Below are positions 20,176 to 30,780 of a stretch of 64,000 bases of DNA, in pieces (positions within the stretch are counted from its first letter, which is position 1; every line of letters begins with the position of its first letter). The stretch is from the NCBI GenBank assembly GCA_019058445.1, contig JAHPZA010000006.1:224001-288000 (forward strand). The letters are read 5' to 3'. Both the position numbers and the translations under genes were made by a program. The DNA is from Promethearchaeota archaeon (GTDB taxonomy: Archaea > Asgardarchaeota > Lokiarchaeia > Sigyniarchaeales > SOKP01). The notes under the pieces were generated by a model. That model had not been told where the DNA came from, searched no databases, and was given only the letters and a program-made list of their open reading frames with translations.

Positions 20176-21546
20176 ATGAAATCAGGATTTTTAAATGATA
20201 TTAACATGATTCTCGCCACAGACTTCTATCAATTAACAATGGGCGCAGCATACTATCAAAATAATTTAGAAAATAAACGGGATGAAGAAGATGACATAGC
20301 TATTTTCGATGTTTTTGTCAGAAAATATCCAAAAAATCGTAATTACTTAATTTTTGCTGGATTAGAACAAGCTATTTACTATTTACAAAAGGCTCGATTT
20401 ACTCCCAAAACCATCGAGTTCTTGAGGAACAAAGAAGTGTTTAAGAATATTGACTCAAGTTTCTTTGATGAATATTTGTCTAAATTTAGATTTAATTTAG
20501 ATGTATGGGCTATGAAGGAGGGAAATTTTTTCTTTCCAAATGAACCAATTATGAGAGTTCAAGGACCGATGTTCCAAGCTCAATTAGCTGAGACATATTT
20601 ATTAAATGTCATTAATTTTCAAACTATCGTGGCTTCTAAAGCATCTCGAATTAAAAATATTGCTCCAGATAAAGTTCTTCTCGAATTTGGCACAAGAAGA
20701 TCGCATAGTCCGCTGGCAGGAGTTTACGCAGCACGCGCAAGCTATATTTCAGGCTTCAATGGCACGAGTAATGTTGTTGCGGATATAGAGTTAGGAATCA
20801 ACTCAAGTGGCACGATGGCACATAGTTTTATACAGAAATTTGACAAGGAAATAGAAAGCTTTGATATTTATTATGATATTTATGGGCAAAATTCAATAAT
20901 GCTTATTGATACTTATGATACTGAAAAGGCCGCAGAAAAAGTGTGCAAATATAAAAACAGCATTACAGGTGTGAGAATAGATTCGGGAGACCTCATCGCA
21001 CACGCAAAGAAGGTTCGAAAAATTTTAGATAAGAACGGGTGTAAGAAGGTACTTATTGTAGCGAGTTCTGATTTAAATGAATATAAAATAAAAGAGATAA
21101 TTGACAATAATGCCCCAATAGATGCCTTTGGCATAGGAACTGAATTGGCCACATCCCGAGATGATCCAACCCTTGCGGCTGTATATAAATTAATAGAATA
21201 CAATGGTGTCCCTAGAATTAAAATCAGTGAAGAGAAAATGACCTATCCTGGAAAAAAACAAATTTATAGAATAACTGATGAGAAAGGAATCTTTATAGAA
21301 GATTTTTTGATGTTAGAAGATGAACCAGCCCCTTCTAATTCAGAGGCATTATTAATTCCAATTATGGAAAAAGGCGAATTAATCTATAACCTACCTAATA
21401 TAGACGAAATTCAGCATTATTACTTGGAAAATATAAAAACCTTACCAGATGACTACAAAAAATTGGTAGAAAATCATATTTTCAAGCTCAAAATCTCTAA
21501 AAACCTGCAAGAACTTACAAACACACTTAAAAAAAAAATATATTAA
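20176..21546 (+). CDS. pncB: Nicotinate phosphoribosyltransferase
   Basis: TDFYQLTM, LEFGTRR, GTSNV, GTMAHSF, LIDTYD, GVRIDSGD, VYKL. Confidence 0.96.
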   Translation: MKSGFLNDINMILATDFYQLTMGAAYYQNNLENKRDEEDDIAIFDVFVRKYPKNRNYLIFAGLEQAIYYLQKARFTPKTIEFLRNKEVFKNIDSSFFDEYLSKFRFNLDVWAMKEGNFFFPNEPIMRVQGPMFQAQLAETYLLNVINFQTIVASKASRIKNIAPDKVLLEFGTRRSHSPLAGVYAARASYISGFNGTSNVVADIELGINSSGTMAHSFIQKFDKEIESFDIYYDIYGQNSIMLIDTYDTEKAAEKVCKYKNSITGVRIDSGDLIAHAKKVRKILDKNGCKKVLIVASSDLNEYKIKEIIDNNAPIDAFGIGTELATSRDDPTLAAVYKLIEYNGVPRIKISEEKMTYPGKKQIYRITDEKGIFIEDFLMLEDEPAPSNSEALLIPIMEKGELIYNLPNIDEIQHYYLENIKTLPDDYKKLVENHIFKLKISKNLQELTNTLKKKIY

Positions 21547-23259
21547 TTAAAAAATTAATAAATATGCCTCGAGAGCTTCCATTACTTTTGGAAAGAAAGT
21601 TGCGATTGATACTACAAAACTCAGTAATATAGTGAAGTCAATAAGCCATTCTTTTAAAGAAGATATTTCTAAATATTGATCATTTAAGAATTTAAGTTCT
21701 CCCATATCCTTGAATTCGTGCATTATAAACCCGGGTGCTAATTCTTTAGCTTTTAGAGCAGTAATCAAATCTTTTCTTCTATTCTTTACTTCATTGAGCG
21801 CGGTTTTCTTTTGTTGATGTATAGATCTTTTCCATCCTACCAGTGAAATAAAGAATAACATGATAACAATCAATAAAATTGCACTGACAATGATTATAAT
21901 GACAACAAAATTTATGCTACGGGCCACAAAATATACTAATCCAGAAGAGAGCATTAAGAATCCAGAAGTAAATATATAAAGACAAATCGTTCTGAGATTT
22001 TTCGTTAATTCTTGGTCTACGTTAGGAGCATGAAACCTGTCAAAATTAAATCTAAAATCTTTTGAAAGATGGTATTGCCCATAGGCAAAGGCTCCTATAA
22101 TATAAATAGCTACGGCACCCATTCCGAAGTTAATTGCCCATAAAAAGAAAATATCTGAAAAGAAGAAGACATCAATCAGATACGCTATAGCAGCATTGGT
22201 ATCCCAATTACATACTAGTATTAATTCTATAATAAAATATGGGATGCTGTAGAGTAAAAATCCAATTAAAAAGGCCAGCATAAAACCTCCCGTGTTGTGC
22301 GATGTGAGTCTTAAATCCGTTCTCATTAAAAATGAGGGCTCAATTTCTTTTCCCATTAATTTTGATTGCTCATCATAATGCTTTTCCGTAAAATCTATTA
22401 ATTTTTGATATTGTAAAAATAAAAGCAGAACGATCACATAAAATACGATGATAGGCACTTGACTTGAGATTATTTCAACCAGAATAGGCGCTCCTGTGTG
22501 GACGCTCACTTTTGGAAAAATATAATATGGCAAGATAACCACTAAATAAAGTACCCAGGAAAGATATGCTACAAAGAAAGTAGTCCAAATATTAAATTCA
22601 AATGGTTTATGAGGTTTTTTTCTCACTATTCTATGAAACATTGCTTCAATGTAATCTACTTTATCTGGTGATGATTCAAAAGGAGGAACTTGTATCTGTT
22701 TTGAAACTTTCCCTGATCTTTTGTATTTACAAAAACGAAACTCTTTATCTTTAAAATAATCTCTATCATAATATAAAAATCTAATAGACTCTGCAAATTG
22801 ATTCTCAATATTTAAAATTTTTACCCATTGGTTATCTGGTCTGCGAATTTTTTTCACACACGGAAACTCTTTAATTGGATATGGTTTTTTCGGATCTATT
22901 TCGCTTATTGGAGGATAGTTATAATTCTTATTATAAAGTAATTTTTTCACTGACTTTATGAAAAGTTTAAAATATTGAGTCCAAAAGAATGCATTTAACG
23001 TTGCCCATCCATAAAATAGTATTTGTTGTGTTTCATTAGATTTTGAATCATAGATCTCAACAGGTTTTTTGCCTCTAAAATGACCAAACAATTTCAGAAT
23101 TTTTTTTTCTTCTTTAGTTAGTTTATCATGATACATAACTCGTTTCCAACGGAATTTCCACGTAAGTATTAATAACTGGATTATTTTTACAAAATAATCT
23201 AAAGGATCGAAAACTCTCTTATCTAAAACCTCTTCTTGAGATGTAATCATGCTGATCAA
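21547..23259 (-). CDS. Hypothetical membrane protein (basic soluble N-terminus, ~7 TM C-terminus)
   Basis: 570-aa ORF; hydrophobicity pattern. Confidence 0.75.
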   Translation of the reverse strand: MISMITSQEEVLDKRVFDPLDYFVKIIQLLILTWKFRWKRVMYHDKLTKEEKKILKLFGHFRGKKPVEIYDSKSNETQQILFYGWATLNAFFWTQYFKLFIKSVKKLLYNKNYNYPPISEIDPKKPYPIKEFPCVKKIRRPDNQWVKILNIENQFAESIRFLYYDRDYFKDKEFRFCKYKRSGKVSKQIQVPPFESSPDKVDYIEAMFHRIVRKKPHKPFEFNIWTTFFVAYLSWVLYLVVILPYYIFPKVSVHTGAPILVEIISSQVPIIVFYVIVLLLFLQYQKLIDFTEKHYDEQSKLMGKEIEPSFLMRTDLRLTSHNTGGFMLAFLIGFLLYSIPYFIIELILVCNWDTNAAIAYLIDVFFFSDIFFLWAINFGMGAVAIYIIGAFAYGQYHLSKDFRFNFDRFHAPNVDQELTKNLRTICLYIFTSGFLMLSSGLVYFVARSINFVVIIIIVSAILLIVIMLFFISLVGWKRSIHQQKKTALNEVKNRRKDLITALKAKELAPGFIMHEFKDMGELKFLNDQYLEISSLKEWLIDFTILLSFVVSIATFFPKVMEALEAYLLIF

Positions 23260-23566
23260 CTTTTGTATTTATTGAACTTCTGTAATATTTATCTTTTCTT
23301 TTTTATTTAAAAATTTTTACTTAGTTTTGAATTTTATATTCTTTTAAGGTTGAAAACCTCTCATTAGAATAATTTATGCATTAAACATTAACCGAAATAG
23401 ACGGTTTAAACACCTTAAATGCCCTAAAAAATAATACTCAACATTAATTATTCGTTGCATTAACAATTTAAAGCTTTAAATTGTTTCAAATTATAATTAA
23501 AATATATATTAATATGATTAGATAATCATTTTAATAATATCTAAAAAAAAAATAAACTGATGTAAA

Positions 23567-25288
23567 ATGTATCATTTAGACGGTACTGAATACTTAAAGG
23601 AAAAATATTACAGAAAGACGGAAAGCATTTGTCCTGAATGCCTACAGAAAATTCCAGCTGAACTCATAGAAAAAAACGATGAAATTTGGATGGAAAAGAC
23701 GTGCCCTGAACATGGGTTCTTTAAGGATAAGATTTCAAGTAGTGCGAAATATTATAAATGGACTCATTACGGCACTAGCGAATGGAATTTTGAAAAAAAT
23801 GGTGACGCAAACCCTCCAGATATTCCGTGCAGTGATCCAAGAGGCTGTCCATATAATTGCGGCTTATGTACAGAACATTTATCCACATGTTCATTAGCTT
23901 TAATAGATTTAACAAATAGATGTAATTTTAACTGTAACTTCTGCTTCGCTAATGTACAGAAGGCTGGTTATTTAGTCGAGCCAACGCTTGAAGAAATTGA
24001 GAAAATCATGGACCACTTTAGAAATAAGCCTATTCCTGCGGTGAGTATTATGTTTTCTGGTGGGGAACCAACAGTACGAAAAGACTTTGCGCAGATATGT
24101 AAAATGGCAAAAGATAAGGGTTTTAAGGAAGTAATTGCTGCAACGAATGGGTATGGTTTCCAGAAAAAGAAAGGAGGTCTTGAATGGACTAAAGAAGTCT
24201 ATGAAGCGGGATTAGATACTCTTTATTTACAATTTGATGGAGTGAATAATGTAACTTATGAAAAAACTCGCGGAATCAAGAACTTAATGGATTATAAAAT
24301 GCGAGTTATTGAAAATTGTCGAAAAGCAGGACTTTCGTCGGTCAACCTCGTCGCCACGATTGTAAATGGGGTAAATGACAAAGAAATTGGAAATATTATT
24401 CAATTCTGTATTGATAATATCGATGTTGTAAGAGGGATCACCTTTCAACCCGTTTCTTTATGCGGTAGAATTGCGGCTGAAGAGCTCCAAGAACTCAGAA
24501 TAACCAATGCTGATGTAATCAAAGAAATTGAAAAGCAAACTAATGGTAAGATTAATATTGAAACTGCATGGTACCCTTTAACCTCGATTGTAGAATTTGG
24601 GCGCATTATCGCTTATTTAGCAGATGTAGATGCTATTGAATTTACCTGTCATCCTGATTGTGGTTTTGCGACCTATATGGTCATTGATCCAACCACAAAC
24701 GAGATGGTCCCTATTACAGATTACCTTGATCCATTAGAGATTATAGATTTTTCGAATAAATTCTGGAAGAAAATTAAACATAAAGAGGAAAAGCCAATAG
24801 AATTCTTTTCAAACTTTTTAGGAGATTTTGGTAAAACATTGGATAAGGGGTTAGAATTCTTAGATAAAACTCAATTAAAGGCACGATTTCTGTTAGGAAT
24901 GCTACAATATATTAATAAGCCGGGAAAGCTTATGGAAATGTTCAGCAGAGTATTAATAAACGGCGATTGGGAGAGTATCAGTTCATTCACTCATGGAACT
25001 CTTCTCATCAGTTCTATGCATTTTCAAGATGCGTATAATATGGATCTTGAAAGGACAAAGCGCTGCATTGTCCATTTTGGCGTGGCAATGCCCGATGGTA
25101 CAGTTAAAGAAATTCCATTCTGCACACATAATACTTTACATAGGCCTGACATTGAGAAGCAAATTGCAAAGAAATTGACGGATAAGGTGAAAAATGAATT
25201 TGATACTGGTACAGGTCAATTATCATTAGAAGCTGAACCAGATATTATGCGTAATGGTGGATTGGAGAAGGATAAATTAGAAAAATAG
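23567..25288 (+). CDS. tes: Tetraether lipid synthase (Tes/GDGT-MAS) radical SAM enzyme
   Basis: N-terminal CPEC...CPEHG, CPYNCGLC..H, radical SAM CNFNCNFC, SGGEPT, YLQFDG, CHPDCG, SMHFQDAYN, RC..H, PFC. Confidence 0.85.
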   Translation: MYHLDGTEYLKEKYYRKTESICPECLQKIPAELIEKNDEIWMEKTCPEHGFFKDKISSSAKYYKWTHYGTSEWNFEKNGDANPPDIPCSDPRGCPYNCGLCTEHLSTCSLALIDLTNRCNFNCNFCFANVQKAGYLVEPTLEEIEKIMDHFRNKPIPAVSIMFSGGEPTVRKDFAQICKMAKDKGFKEVIAATNGYGFQKKKGGLEWTKEVYEAGLDTLYLQFDGVNNVTYEKTRGIKNLMDYKMRVIENCRKAGLSSVNLVATIVNGVNDKEIGNIIQFCIDNIDVVRGITFQPVSLCGRIAAEELQELRITNADVIKEIEKQTNGKINIETAWYPLTSIVEFGRIIAYLADVDAIEFTCHPDCGFATYMVIDPTTNEMVPITDYLDPLEIIDFSNKFWKKIKHKEEKPIEFFSNFLGDFGKTLDKGLEFLDKTQLKARFLLGMLQYINKPGKLMEMFSRVLINGDWESISSFTHGTLLISSMHFQDAYNMDLERTKRCIVHFGVAMPDGTVKEIPFCTHNTLHRPDIEKQIAKKLTDKVKNEFDTGTGQLSLEAEPDIMRNGGLEKDKLEK

Positions 25289-25299
25289 GTGAGAAATAG

Positions 25300-25575
25300 A
25301 TGGCTGAAAAAGAATCAGAAATGAAAGTAAGAGAATTAGTTGAATTGAATACATCGGCAGCGAAAGAATATGAAGAAGCCATGTTAAATAGAGTAGAATA
25401 TTTCGCCAAGAAGAACGCTGAAAAATCTATTTTTAACAATTTCATGCAAAATACTGTTGTAAAAGGACTAAGTACAATTTTAGACCTAAAAGTAAAACTT
25501 GATGAGTCTTTAGGTAAGGAAAACTTAAAAAAAGTCCATGACGTGCTTGACCAAATCTTTTTATTTGGACTTTAA
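25300..25575 (+). CDS. Small helical hypothetical protein, probably co-transcribed with tes
   Basis: GGTGAG Shine-Dalgarno overlapping tes stop, 11-bp gap. Confidence 0.75.
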   Translation: MAEKESEMKVRELVELNTSAAKEYEEAMLNRVEYFAKKNAEKSIFNNFMQNTVVKGLSTILDLKVKLDESLGKENLKKVHDVLDQIFLFGL

Positions 25576-25720
25576 CACATTTTTTATTATTTATTTATGA
25601 TCTAATTTTTTTTAAATATTCTTTTTTAAATTTTTTTTAAAGCATTGAAAATTAAAAGAAAGTCCAAATTAACTTTTGATGAATAAAAAAATCAATTTGG
25701 ATTTGAGAGAGGAAAAAAAA

Positions 25721-27097
25721 TTATGAACTATTTTTTTTAACTCTATCGCGTTTTTTCTGGTGGAGTTCAGCCATTTGATTTTTGATTTCGGAAACCCTAT
25801 TTTTTGAGAGGGGGTAGAAAATTATACATATTCCTAAAATCCCAGCTGCAATCATTGGGAACACCGCCATTAATAGCCTAAGACCGAAAACCACATCGAC
25901 TCCTGGATTAGGGGTATATTCTTCCCATCCGGTTGAGGAAAACACAAGCGAAATGGTTAAGATAGAAAAAATACCTGTTATTCTCATAAAGAAATTGGTA
26001 GGCCCAAAAAACGACCCTTCCCTACGAATACCAGTTTTGAGTTCATCTTCGTCGATAATATCAGCGATTAGTAGGGTTGTAAAATATAAAAGTCCTCCAA
26101 ATCCTATTCCACTTATGACTATTACAAGGATGGCAGAATTAAAATCACTTATAAACAAGAGGGGAATAAATGAGATAAATAAAACACAGAGTGCGATAAA
26201 ATATCCTTTTTTACTTCCCTGCTTGATACCTACTTTACTCCATATAATCATGGAAGCGATTGCTACAATCTGATTTAATACTAACAATATCCCTGAAGCT
26301 AATGTGCTTTCTTCATTTAATACGAATTTACTAAATTGCGGCATAATAGTGGCTTGTAAAAGTTGGATGTATTCAAATGCGACTAACATAATAGTATAAA
26401 GAACAAACGCACGGTTCTTAAATGTGTATTTAAGACCTTGAAAGAAACCAAATTCTTGTTGACTGTCTAATTTAAATTCCTCTCTTTCCATTATTCCCCA
26501 TTTTAGAGAAATTAAAAAGGTAATCGCAACGATTATTGTTATAATAACTCCGCTGATAAGATATCCTTCTCTTACAGAAATTTCACCTATAAAAATGCTC
26601 GGGATTAAAAAGCCTCCAATGATTCCTAGTACAGAAAAAATTTGCCTATAGATATTTACTTGGGCACGATCTTCTTCTGAAGTATATAATTCTGGAAAAA
26701 GACAATCCAACGGGACTGCTATCATTGTAAAAAATGTATCAAAAGCAAAGAGAATGAGAAGAAGATACAAAAAGATGAATATTGATTCTTGAAATGGAAC
26801 AATCCAAACAATAACCATGATAACTAGAATGGGAACTAATCCCAGTACAATATAAGGTTTTCTACGTCCCCAGCGGGTGCTGGTGCGATCTGAGATGTAC
26901 CCTAACAGAGGGTCATTAATCGCATTCCATGCCGCCCATATTATATAAGCCAACGAGATATAATATACTGATAAGCCTACAGCTGAAAAATAGTATGTAA
27001 ATACCCACACCACAAATACTACTTGTATTAGCCACCCGGGTAAGAATGCGAGGGAGAATGCGGTCTTTTGTTTTATGTTAAATCCATGATCACTCAT
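25721..27097 (-). CDS. MFS transporter, GPH/MelB family
   Basis: WNAINDPLLG, WGRRKPY, ADIIDEDELKTGIRREG. Confidence 0.9.
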   Translation of the reverse strand: MSDHGFNIKQKTAFSLAFLPGWLIQVVFVVWVFTYYFSAVGLSVYYISLAYIIWAAWNAINDPLLGYISDRTSTRWGRRKPYIVLGLVPILVIMVIVWIVPFQESIFIFLYLLLILFAFDTFFTMIAVPLDCLFPELYTSEEDRAQVNIYRQIFSVLGIIGGFLIPSIFIGEISVREGYLISGVIITIIVAITFLISLKWGIMEREEFKLDSQQEFGFFQGLKYTFKNRAFVLYTIMLVAFEYIQLLQATIMPQFSKFVLNEESTLASGILLVLNQIVAIASMIIWSKVGIKQGSKKGYFIALCVLFISFIPLLFISDFNSAILVIVISGIGFGGLLYFTTLLIADIIDEDELKTGIRREGSFFGPTNFFMRITGIFSILTISLVFSSTGWEEYTPNPGVDVVFGLRLLMAVFPMIAAGILGICIIFYPLSKNRVSEIKNQMAELHQKKRDRVKKNSS

Positions 27098-27145
27098 CTT
27101 AGGTTATGGTAATTTTTAAGCAATTTAATAATTTGACTTTTGAGT

Positions 27146-28162
27146 TTATGGTTCTACCAGTATTTTTATATCCTTGATTTCGGGATCAATTCCACATTCG
27201 AATCCCTCCTCAACAATATCGTCCAGAGGAATGATTTTGGTAACTATAGGGTCTGGATCAATTAGTTTACGAGCAACTAAATCAATTGCAAACTCATAAT
27301 CCTGCCTAATACAACTAATAATCCCTTGAATGCGATTTTGGTTTATAACATATTTGAGAAGATTAATTTCAACCGGTTTATCCCAGAGTCCGATTTGTAC
27401 AATTGTACCTCCCTTACATACCACATCAAGAGCAGCGTTTACTAAAACAGGTGCACCTGAGCACTCAAATACGAAGTCAGCACCCGATGCACCTCTTTTA
27501 TTAGCTCGTTTAATTTTCGTCAAGAAAAGCTTTTTTAAAGCGTAATCCGGGTCAAATTTTTTAGCTATTTCTAATCTATAGGGATTTTTATCAACAACTA
27601 CAATGCTACTCGCTCCTGCGATTTTTAAACATTGCAACATGAATTGTCCAATTGTTCCTAGACCAAATACCACAGCAGAATTACCTGCGACGAAATTAAC
27701 TTCTCTCAATGCGCATAAACCTGTTCCTATTTGATCAAATACGGTGCCGTGTTTAAAAGGAATTACATCTGGAAGGGAAATAAGACATTGAACTGGAACC
27801 ACTAGAAATTCCTCAAAACCTCCATTTCTTCCGATTCCAATCCCTTCAAAAGAACCATCGCATAAATTAGTATTCCCTCTTTGACAATAAAAACATTTTC
27901 CGCACGGCAGCCCTGGAAAAATTGTTACTCGATCACCTATTTTCCATCTTTTTACTTCAGATCCTATCTCTGCGATAGTCCCTGTAATTTCATGTCCTAA
28001 TACACAAGGAGCTGGCCATAATCCAGTTTTATAGAATTCTAGATCTGAGCCACATATTCCAGCATACTTTACTTTTACTAACACCTCTCCTTTTTGAGGA
28101 GCAGGTTTTGGAATATCTACAATCCTAATTTGTTTTTTTCCTTCATATAATGCAGCCTTCAT
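27146..28162 (-). CDS. Zinc-dependent alcohol/polyol dehydrogenase (MDR family)
   Basis: GICGSD, LGHE, CGKCFYC..G..NLC, GLGTIG; start moved to ATG 28162 (MKAALY) behind a GGAGG SD. Confidence 0.92.
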   Translation of the reverse strand: MKAALYEGKKQIRIVDIPKPAPQKGEVLVKVKYAGICGSDLEFYKTGLWPAPCVLGHEITGTIAEIGSEVKRWKIGDRVTIFPGLPCGKCFYCQRGNTNLCDGSFEGIGIGRNGGFEEFLVVPVQCLISLPDVIPFKHGTVFDQIGTGLCALREVNFVAGNSAVVFGLGTIGQFMLQCLKIAGASSIVVVDKNPYRLEIAKKFDPDYALKKLFLTKIKRANKRGASGADFVFECSGAPVLVNAALDVVCKGGTIVQIGLWDKPVEINLLKYVINQNRIQGIISCIRQDYEFAIDLVARKLIDPDPIVTKIIPLDDIVEEGFECGIDPEIKDIKILVEP

Positions 28163-28235
28163 AATTATCCTCCTTAAATTATGGATTAATATTTTCAAAA
28201 TGTATTTTTGAGATGATAATTTAAATAAGATTATT

Positions 28236-29318
28236 GTGGCTTTTAATTTAATTACCTTACCTGTTATTATTGTATTTTTAGCCAATGGTTTTGGACAATT
28301 AATTTATGCTATACAATTACAAAGAAAATTTCCAAATGAACATAATTTTGTCAACTCACTTATAATTTTTTTACTCTGGATTCTCGCAGCTATTTTATAT
28401 CCTCATTTTTATTCAACATCCAATGCAAAGATAATATTTTTTCAAATGCTTTCTACAATTTTTATTTGTTGCATCACTCCACTTATATTAGCTCTCATTT
28501 TACTTTACCAATATCAATTTGTTATAAAAAAAAATCCAGATATCAAACAAAAACGCAATATTGAAAGTTATTTAAGGAATTTCGACAAATTTAATAATGA
28601 AATTGAGGATATTAGAGCATATAATTTAAGTACGGATATCCATAGAAAAGCTCTACATTTAATTCCGGCAGGGATTATTATCTTTCTTTGGGTCTTTGCA
28701 GTCTATATATGGGCAGGAATATGGAAATCAGACCAAATATGGGGCATTAGTGGTGAAGATTTTGGAAGATTTTTAATATTTACAGTAGGTTTTTCTGGAA
28801 TTTTAGTGTTCGCAACGTTAGATTATGTTCGATTATCCTATATTTTTGAAAAGCGTAACATTTACCACTTTTTACCGGGTATGGTGTCTGATTTATTATC
28901 AAAGACAATAAAAAGAAGAGAAATTTATGAGTTTACAAAACCCGCTGCTTTAGTTCTTGCGTTTGTTCCTGTATTTTTTTTTTCATTTGGAATTTTTGCC
29001 GCTGCTGCACTTATCGCAACCCTAGGTGATGGTGCAGCATCCATTTTTGGAATGAGATTTGGTAAGCGAAACTTTCCTAAAAATAGTAAAAAAACGGTAA
29101 TTGGTTATTTTGCAGGATTTTTGGCTTCTTTGATAGTAAGTATGACTGCTTTATGGATATTTGAATCCGAATTAGTATTGATAAAAATTATAGTAATAGC
29201 TCTTGGAGGAGCCATTATGTTTTTAGTTATTGATTTATTAAGCCTTAAGATTGATGATAATATCTTAAATCCAATATTTTGTGCCTTAATAATGGGAATT
29301 CTATATTTTACTCTATAA
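28236..29318 (+). CDS. Dolichol/phytol kinase-like (CTP-dependent polyprenol kinase) membrane protein
   Basis: RKALHL, LGDGAASIFGMRFG, KKTVIG, IDDNILNP motifs. Confidence 0.78.
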   Translation: MAFNLITLPVIIVFLANGFGQLIYAIQLQRKFPNEHNFVNSLIIFLLWILAAILYPHFYSTSNAKIIFFQMLSTIFICCITPLILALILLYQYQFVIKKNPDIKQKRNIESYLRNFDKFNNEIEDIRAYNLSTDIHRKALHLIPAGIIIFLWVFAVYIWAGIWKSDQIWGISGEDFGRFLIFTVGFSGILVFATLDYVRLSYIFEKRNIYHFLPGMVSDLLSKTIKRREIYEFTKPAALVLAFVPVFFFSFGIFAAAALIATLGDGAASIFGMRFGKRNFPKNSKKTVIGYFAGFLASLIVSMTALWIFESELVLIKIIVIALGGAIMFLVIDLLSLKIDDNILNPIFCALIMGILYFTL

Positions 29319-29335
29319 TTTTAAAGAAAATCGGG

Positions 29336-30352
29336 CTACCAGCGCCACTTAATTGCTTCTGCGTGCCCTAAAACATTCTCAACTTGAACTTTAGTGCCAT
29401 CATCTAATATTACGTTTCCAGAATAATATCCATAGGCAATAACTGACTTAGAGTTGAAGATCACAAAATTCATCCCCGATTGATGATGAAAAATTGGTTT
29501 TAAGGTCATCTCAAATCGTCCATCTTCACTGGTAAACTGCCAGGGGTCCATAGGATCTTCGGGAACGTGAAATTTGATTGGTCCCAGTTTGTGGCCTCTT
29601 CCATCATAACCAACCATATTTTTATCGTGAAGGGCTGGATCTTCGTAAGAGTGTCCATGGCTAAACCATATCTCGTGTCCATCTACTGTCTTACCTGATG
29701 CTCCACCCCAGTACCAATTGATTTTATACGGCCAGACTCCTCGACCCCAATCAAGACGACAATAGCAATTTTCGGGAGAAAACTTATAAGCTTTATCACC
29801 GAAAAATACGGTTCCTTCGACTGGCATCCACATTATTTTATCTGAATAGTAAAAAAGTTTTTTCTTTTTGTAGCGATTTACTTTTACAATTGAGTCTTTA
29901 GAAGGATCTTGATATAATACTAAACTTCCTTTCAGCCCTTTTTCTGAGAAAGTAGGAAAATCGAAAGAAATTTCCCTTTGATCTGCTAATTTTTTAATAG
30001 TCAGGTCAAACATCTCATTATGAAATTCAATATCTCCTTGTTGTGAACTTGTTGGAAGGTTCCAAGTCCCTTTCGTGAAGAATTTTTGTAGCCCTCCCAC
30101 ATAGACCTTTTGTTCTTTATAATCCATTACTTCGAAGGTAACAAGACCCATATACCCTACATCAGCAATTGTCACACTAAAATTATAATCTGGATGGTTA
30201 ACTACATAATTATCCCACTCTTTAAGACGATGCCATTTAGCACGGACTTTTTCTCGATTATAGCGCACAATTGGCTTTCTTGCCCATCCATCTTGAATGA
30301 GCACACCATTGTCATCAAACAAATCGGATGGTTCAGTAATTTCTTTACTCAT
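29336..30352 (-). CDS. DUF2804 family protein
   Basis: GWARKP, RLKEWD, LDWGRGVWPY..W.W, PWQFTS.DGR, GHAE..W. Confidence 0.8.
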   Translation of the reverse strand: MSKEITEPSDLFDDNGVLIQDGWARKPIVRYNREKVRAKWHRLKEWDNYVVNHPDYNFSVTIADVGYMGLVTFEVMDYKEQKVYVGGLQKFFTKGTWNLPTSSQQGDIEFHNEMFDLTIKKLADQREISFDFPTFSEKGLKGSLVLYQDPSKDSIVKVNRYKKKKLFYYSDKIMWMPVEGTVFFGDKAYKFSPENCYCRLDWGRGVWPYKINWYWGGASGKTVDGHEIWFSHGHSYEDPALHDKNMVGYDGRGHKLGPIKFHVPEDPMDPWQFTSEDGRFEMTLKPIFHHQSGMNFVIFNSKSVIAYGYYSGNVILDDGTKVQVENVLGHAEAIKWRW

Positions 30353-30780
30353 GTGAAATTCTCCTTATTTGAAATATATGTAATTTATATTATAATACAT
30401 CTTAAAGATTATTAAAACTAATTTTACGAATATTAAATTGCGTTATGTGTAGATCAAATGTTTCATGACACAATAAAAGGGTAATTTAGAAACATAGTTA
30501 TCTACCCATTAATGAGTTGTTGAAATGAATTATTTTCCATCTTTACAATTAGATTTATCTGGCACCTTTGAGGCTTTCTTCTTGAAATATTTAAATTAAA
30601 TTCTGATTTAGGTTTTTTAATGATAGAATTCATTTTTTATCATTAATCTGATTTTTTAATAGTAGTTTACGTTTTCTTGTAATTATTAAAAAGGGCAAAA
30701 ACTTATATTAATTAAGACTTGTTTCTACTCATGATTGAGTAGAAAGCAAAAAAAATAATTGTAATTAATTGAGAATTTAC

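Noticed and set aside
21541-21552. Zero-gap convergent stops of pncB and the membrane protein gene
   Set aside because: Compact convergent packing is ordinary; no further structure evident
28163-28285. N-terminal extension of the alcohol dehydrogenase in the ORF track
   Set aside because: Overlaps the divergent kinase gene; GGAGG SD supports ATG 28162
30353-30780. FMN riboswitch upstream of the riboflavin operon
   Set aside because: No RFN consensus elements or GC-rich stems; AT-rich divergent promoter region. A 43-codon minus-strand ORF here has no supporting features
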